Virus record (IMG/VR): IMGVR_UViG_3300045988_023605
Location: 1-19,032 of that record
DNA from: a virus
Length of the DNA stretch: 19,032 nt
Strand: one strand, 5' to 3'
Shown: in pieces, positions 18,162 to 19,032 of the stretch
Layout: every line of letters starts with the position of its first letter
How positions within the stretch are numbered: the stretch's first letter is position 1
Position numbers and translations under genes: made by a program
The notes under the pieces: model-generated
What the model saw: the letters and a program-made list of their open reading frames with translations, nothing else
Told to the model about the DNA's origin: nothing
The model's database searches: none

Positions 18162-18190
18162 GTGCAGATAACGAGCACTGAAGCGAACAT
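18122..18190 (-). CDS. 22-aa hydrophobic mini-ORF, probably the true N-terminus of the membrane protein
   Basis: ATG 18190 has GGAG 7 nt upstream and starts 1 nt after the stop of 18192..18446. It encodes MFASVLVICTCVIGIVVVFGMI. It joins the 17922..18161 frame by a -1 shift at the T5 run (18134-18138). Confidence 0.45.
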   Translation of the reverse strand: MFASVLVICTCVIGIVVVFGMI

Positions 18191-18191
18191 G

Positions 18192-18446
18192 TCAAACTCC
18201 AAACTGCAAAGCTTGCTTTACAAGGTGCGCGTTCAATTCCAATTTATCCAAATGTTCGATAAATGCCACACCCTCGTTTAGATCAAACGAACTGTACACG
18301 CTCGTCCAGACCCCGCAGATGCCGTTCCAGACATAGAAGTTATAGTATGGCGCGTAACCGCCATCGTCGTTACGATACTCCCAACGGAACCTCCATATAC
18401 GATTAGTCTTTACATCAGTAACGTCGAAGTTACCTTGACTCTTCAT
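18192..18446 (-). CDS. Hypothetical early protein (84 aa)
   Basis: The ATG has a strong RBS AGGAGGGG. It starts 2 nt after the upstream stop. Confidence 0.7.
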   Translation of the reverse strand: MKSQGNFDVTDVKTNRIWRFRWEYRNDDGGYAPYYNFYVWNGICGVWTSVYSSFDLNEGVAFIEHLDKLELNAHLVKQALQFGV

Positions 18447-18448
18447 GA

Positions 18449-18679
18449 TTATTCACCCCTCCTATTTGCATGATAATAATCAACGGAACCATCCGTCCGC
18501 CAATACTTCAGATTAGACAATTCCACGCCCGTCTCCCTACGAAGCTCACGACGCATACGCTCCTTCGCACCCTTGACGGTAACGACGTTGCCCAACGAGA
18601 AATAGTGCGCGTTATTGTGGTCAGTGAATGCCACTGTGATGAACTTGTTCCACCAATCAAACGAAACAACGGTGTTCAT
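18449..18679 (-). CDS. Hypothetical early protein (76 aa), first gene of the right-end early block
   Basis: Its promoter, RBS and ATG(A) lie inside the right ITR and are identical to those of 354..611. Confidence 0.7.
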   Translation of the reverse strand: MNTVVSFDWWNKFITVAFTDHNNAHYFSLGNVVTVKGAKERMRRELRRETGVELSNLKYWRTDGSVDYYHANRRGE

Positions 18680-18706
18680 TTTATTTCCTTTCCCTTGAAC
18701 TTGATA

Positions 18707-18720
18707 GTTATATCATAACA
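18707..18720 (-). promoter_or_regulatory. Inward early promoter in the right ITR (extended -10)
   Basis: Mirror copy of 313-326. It drives the minus-strand early block starting at ATG 18679. Confidence 0.6.
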
Positions 18721-18896
18721 CAAACAAAACAACGACACGCCCGAAAACAAAACAAAGCAAAAAAATAAAAGACAACCACAGAACGGCCGATAGCTACGGT
18801 TACGTAACCGTAACCTAGCCGAACGCAGATTGTTGCATATACAACCATTGACACAGTGTCAATAAAAAAAAACGACACGCCCGAAAATAAAAAAAC

Positions 18897-18925
18897 TTGA
18901 CAGGCAAGCGCAAAAAAAATATAAT
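18897..18925 (+). promoter_or_regulatory. Outward-facing consensus promoter TTGACA-17 nt-TATAAT (right ITR copy)
   Basis: Mirror copy of 108-136. TTGACA is at 18897-18902 and TATAAT at 18920-18925. It points at the right genome end. Confidence 0.6.
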
Positions 18926-19032
18926 AGAGGCGTAAACAAAACAAAGCGTCAACGGAGACGCAGAACAAAAAAAAATAATACACAAATAAAAAAAACCACA
19001 AGGGAAAATCTTCACACAAACCCACACCCCTC

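Larger units (their letters stand above)
18676..19032. repeat. Right inverted terminal repeat (ITR), 357 bp
   Basis: Exact reverse complement of 1-357. Confidence 0.97.

Noticed and set aside
1-19032. Searched by eye for tRNAs, integrase/repressor (lysogeny module), toxin-antitoxin, methyltransferase, HNH endonuclease or intron insertions
   Set aside because: I found nothing with recognisable motifs, and all sizeable ORFs are accounted for. A covariance-model or HMM scan would be needed to exclude small RNAs or divergent domains formally.

Overview
The window appears to be a complete 19,032-bp linear genome of a phi29/Cp-1-like podovirus that replicates by protein priming. It is bounded by perfect 357-bp inverted terminal repeats (ITRs; 1-357 = reverse complement of 18676-19032). 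Apart from one small plus-strand gene at the left end, all genes lie on the minus strand. They form three blocks. (1) 18679->13419 is an early/replication block: eight to nine small unknown ORFs, an SSB-like protein, a putative terminal protein and a family-B DNA polymerase. (2) 13190->3087 is the late structural block: scaffold, major capsid with Ig-like C-terminus, tail knob, portal, lower collar, four tail-appendage genes and a tail lysin. (3) 2952->661 holds the gp16-like packaging ATPase, holin, a small membrane protein and a CHAP-SH3b endolysin. I found no integrase, repressor, tRNA, CRISPR or recognisable defence/anti-defence gene, so it looks like a virulent phage of a Gram-positive-type host that I cannot identify. 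Protein calls rest on motifs and collinear blocks I recognise from memory of phi29 gp2/gp8/gp9/gp10/gp16 and common Pfam families; no database search was possible. The observations most worth follow-up are: (a) a promoter-to-terminator ~165-nt non-coding unit (13411->13245) whose hand-folded structure resembles a phi29-type packaging RNA; (b) ITRs carrying the promoter, RBS and start codon of both terminal genes, plus a perfect consensus promoter firing outward toward each genome end; (c) a recurrent CGTGTCGTT / GACAC-GTGTC motif family at ITRs and internal promoters; (d) a compact 483-aa polymerase with non-canonical motifs B and C (YANTDG) and an apparently degenerate exonuclease domain; (e) three consecutive tail genes sharing one N-terminal anchor module, one of them anchor-only; (f) structured leader/terminator elements in front of the ATPase-lysis cluster and across the tail-lysin start codon; (g) a membrane-protein ORF split at a T5 run.
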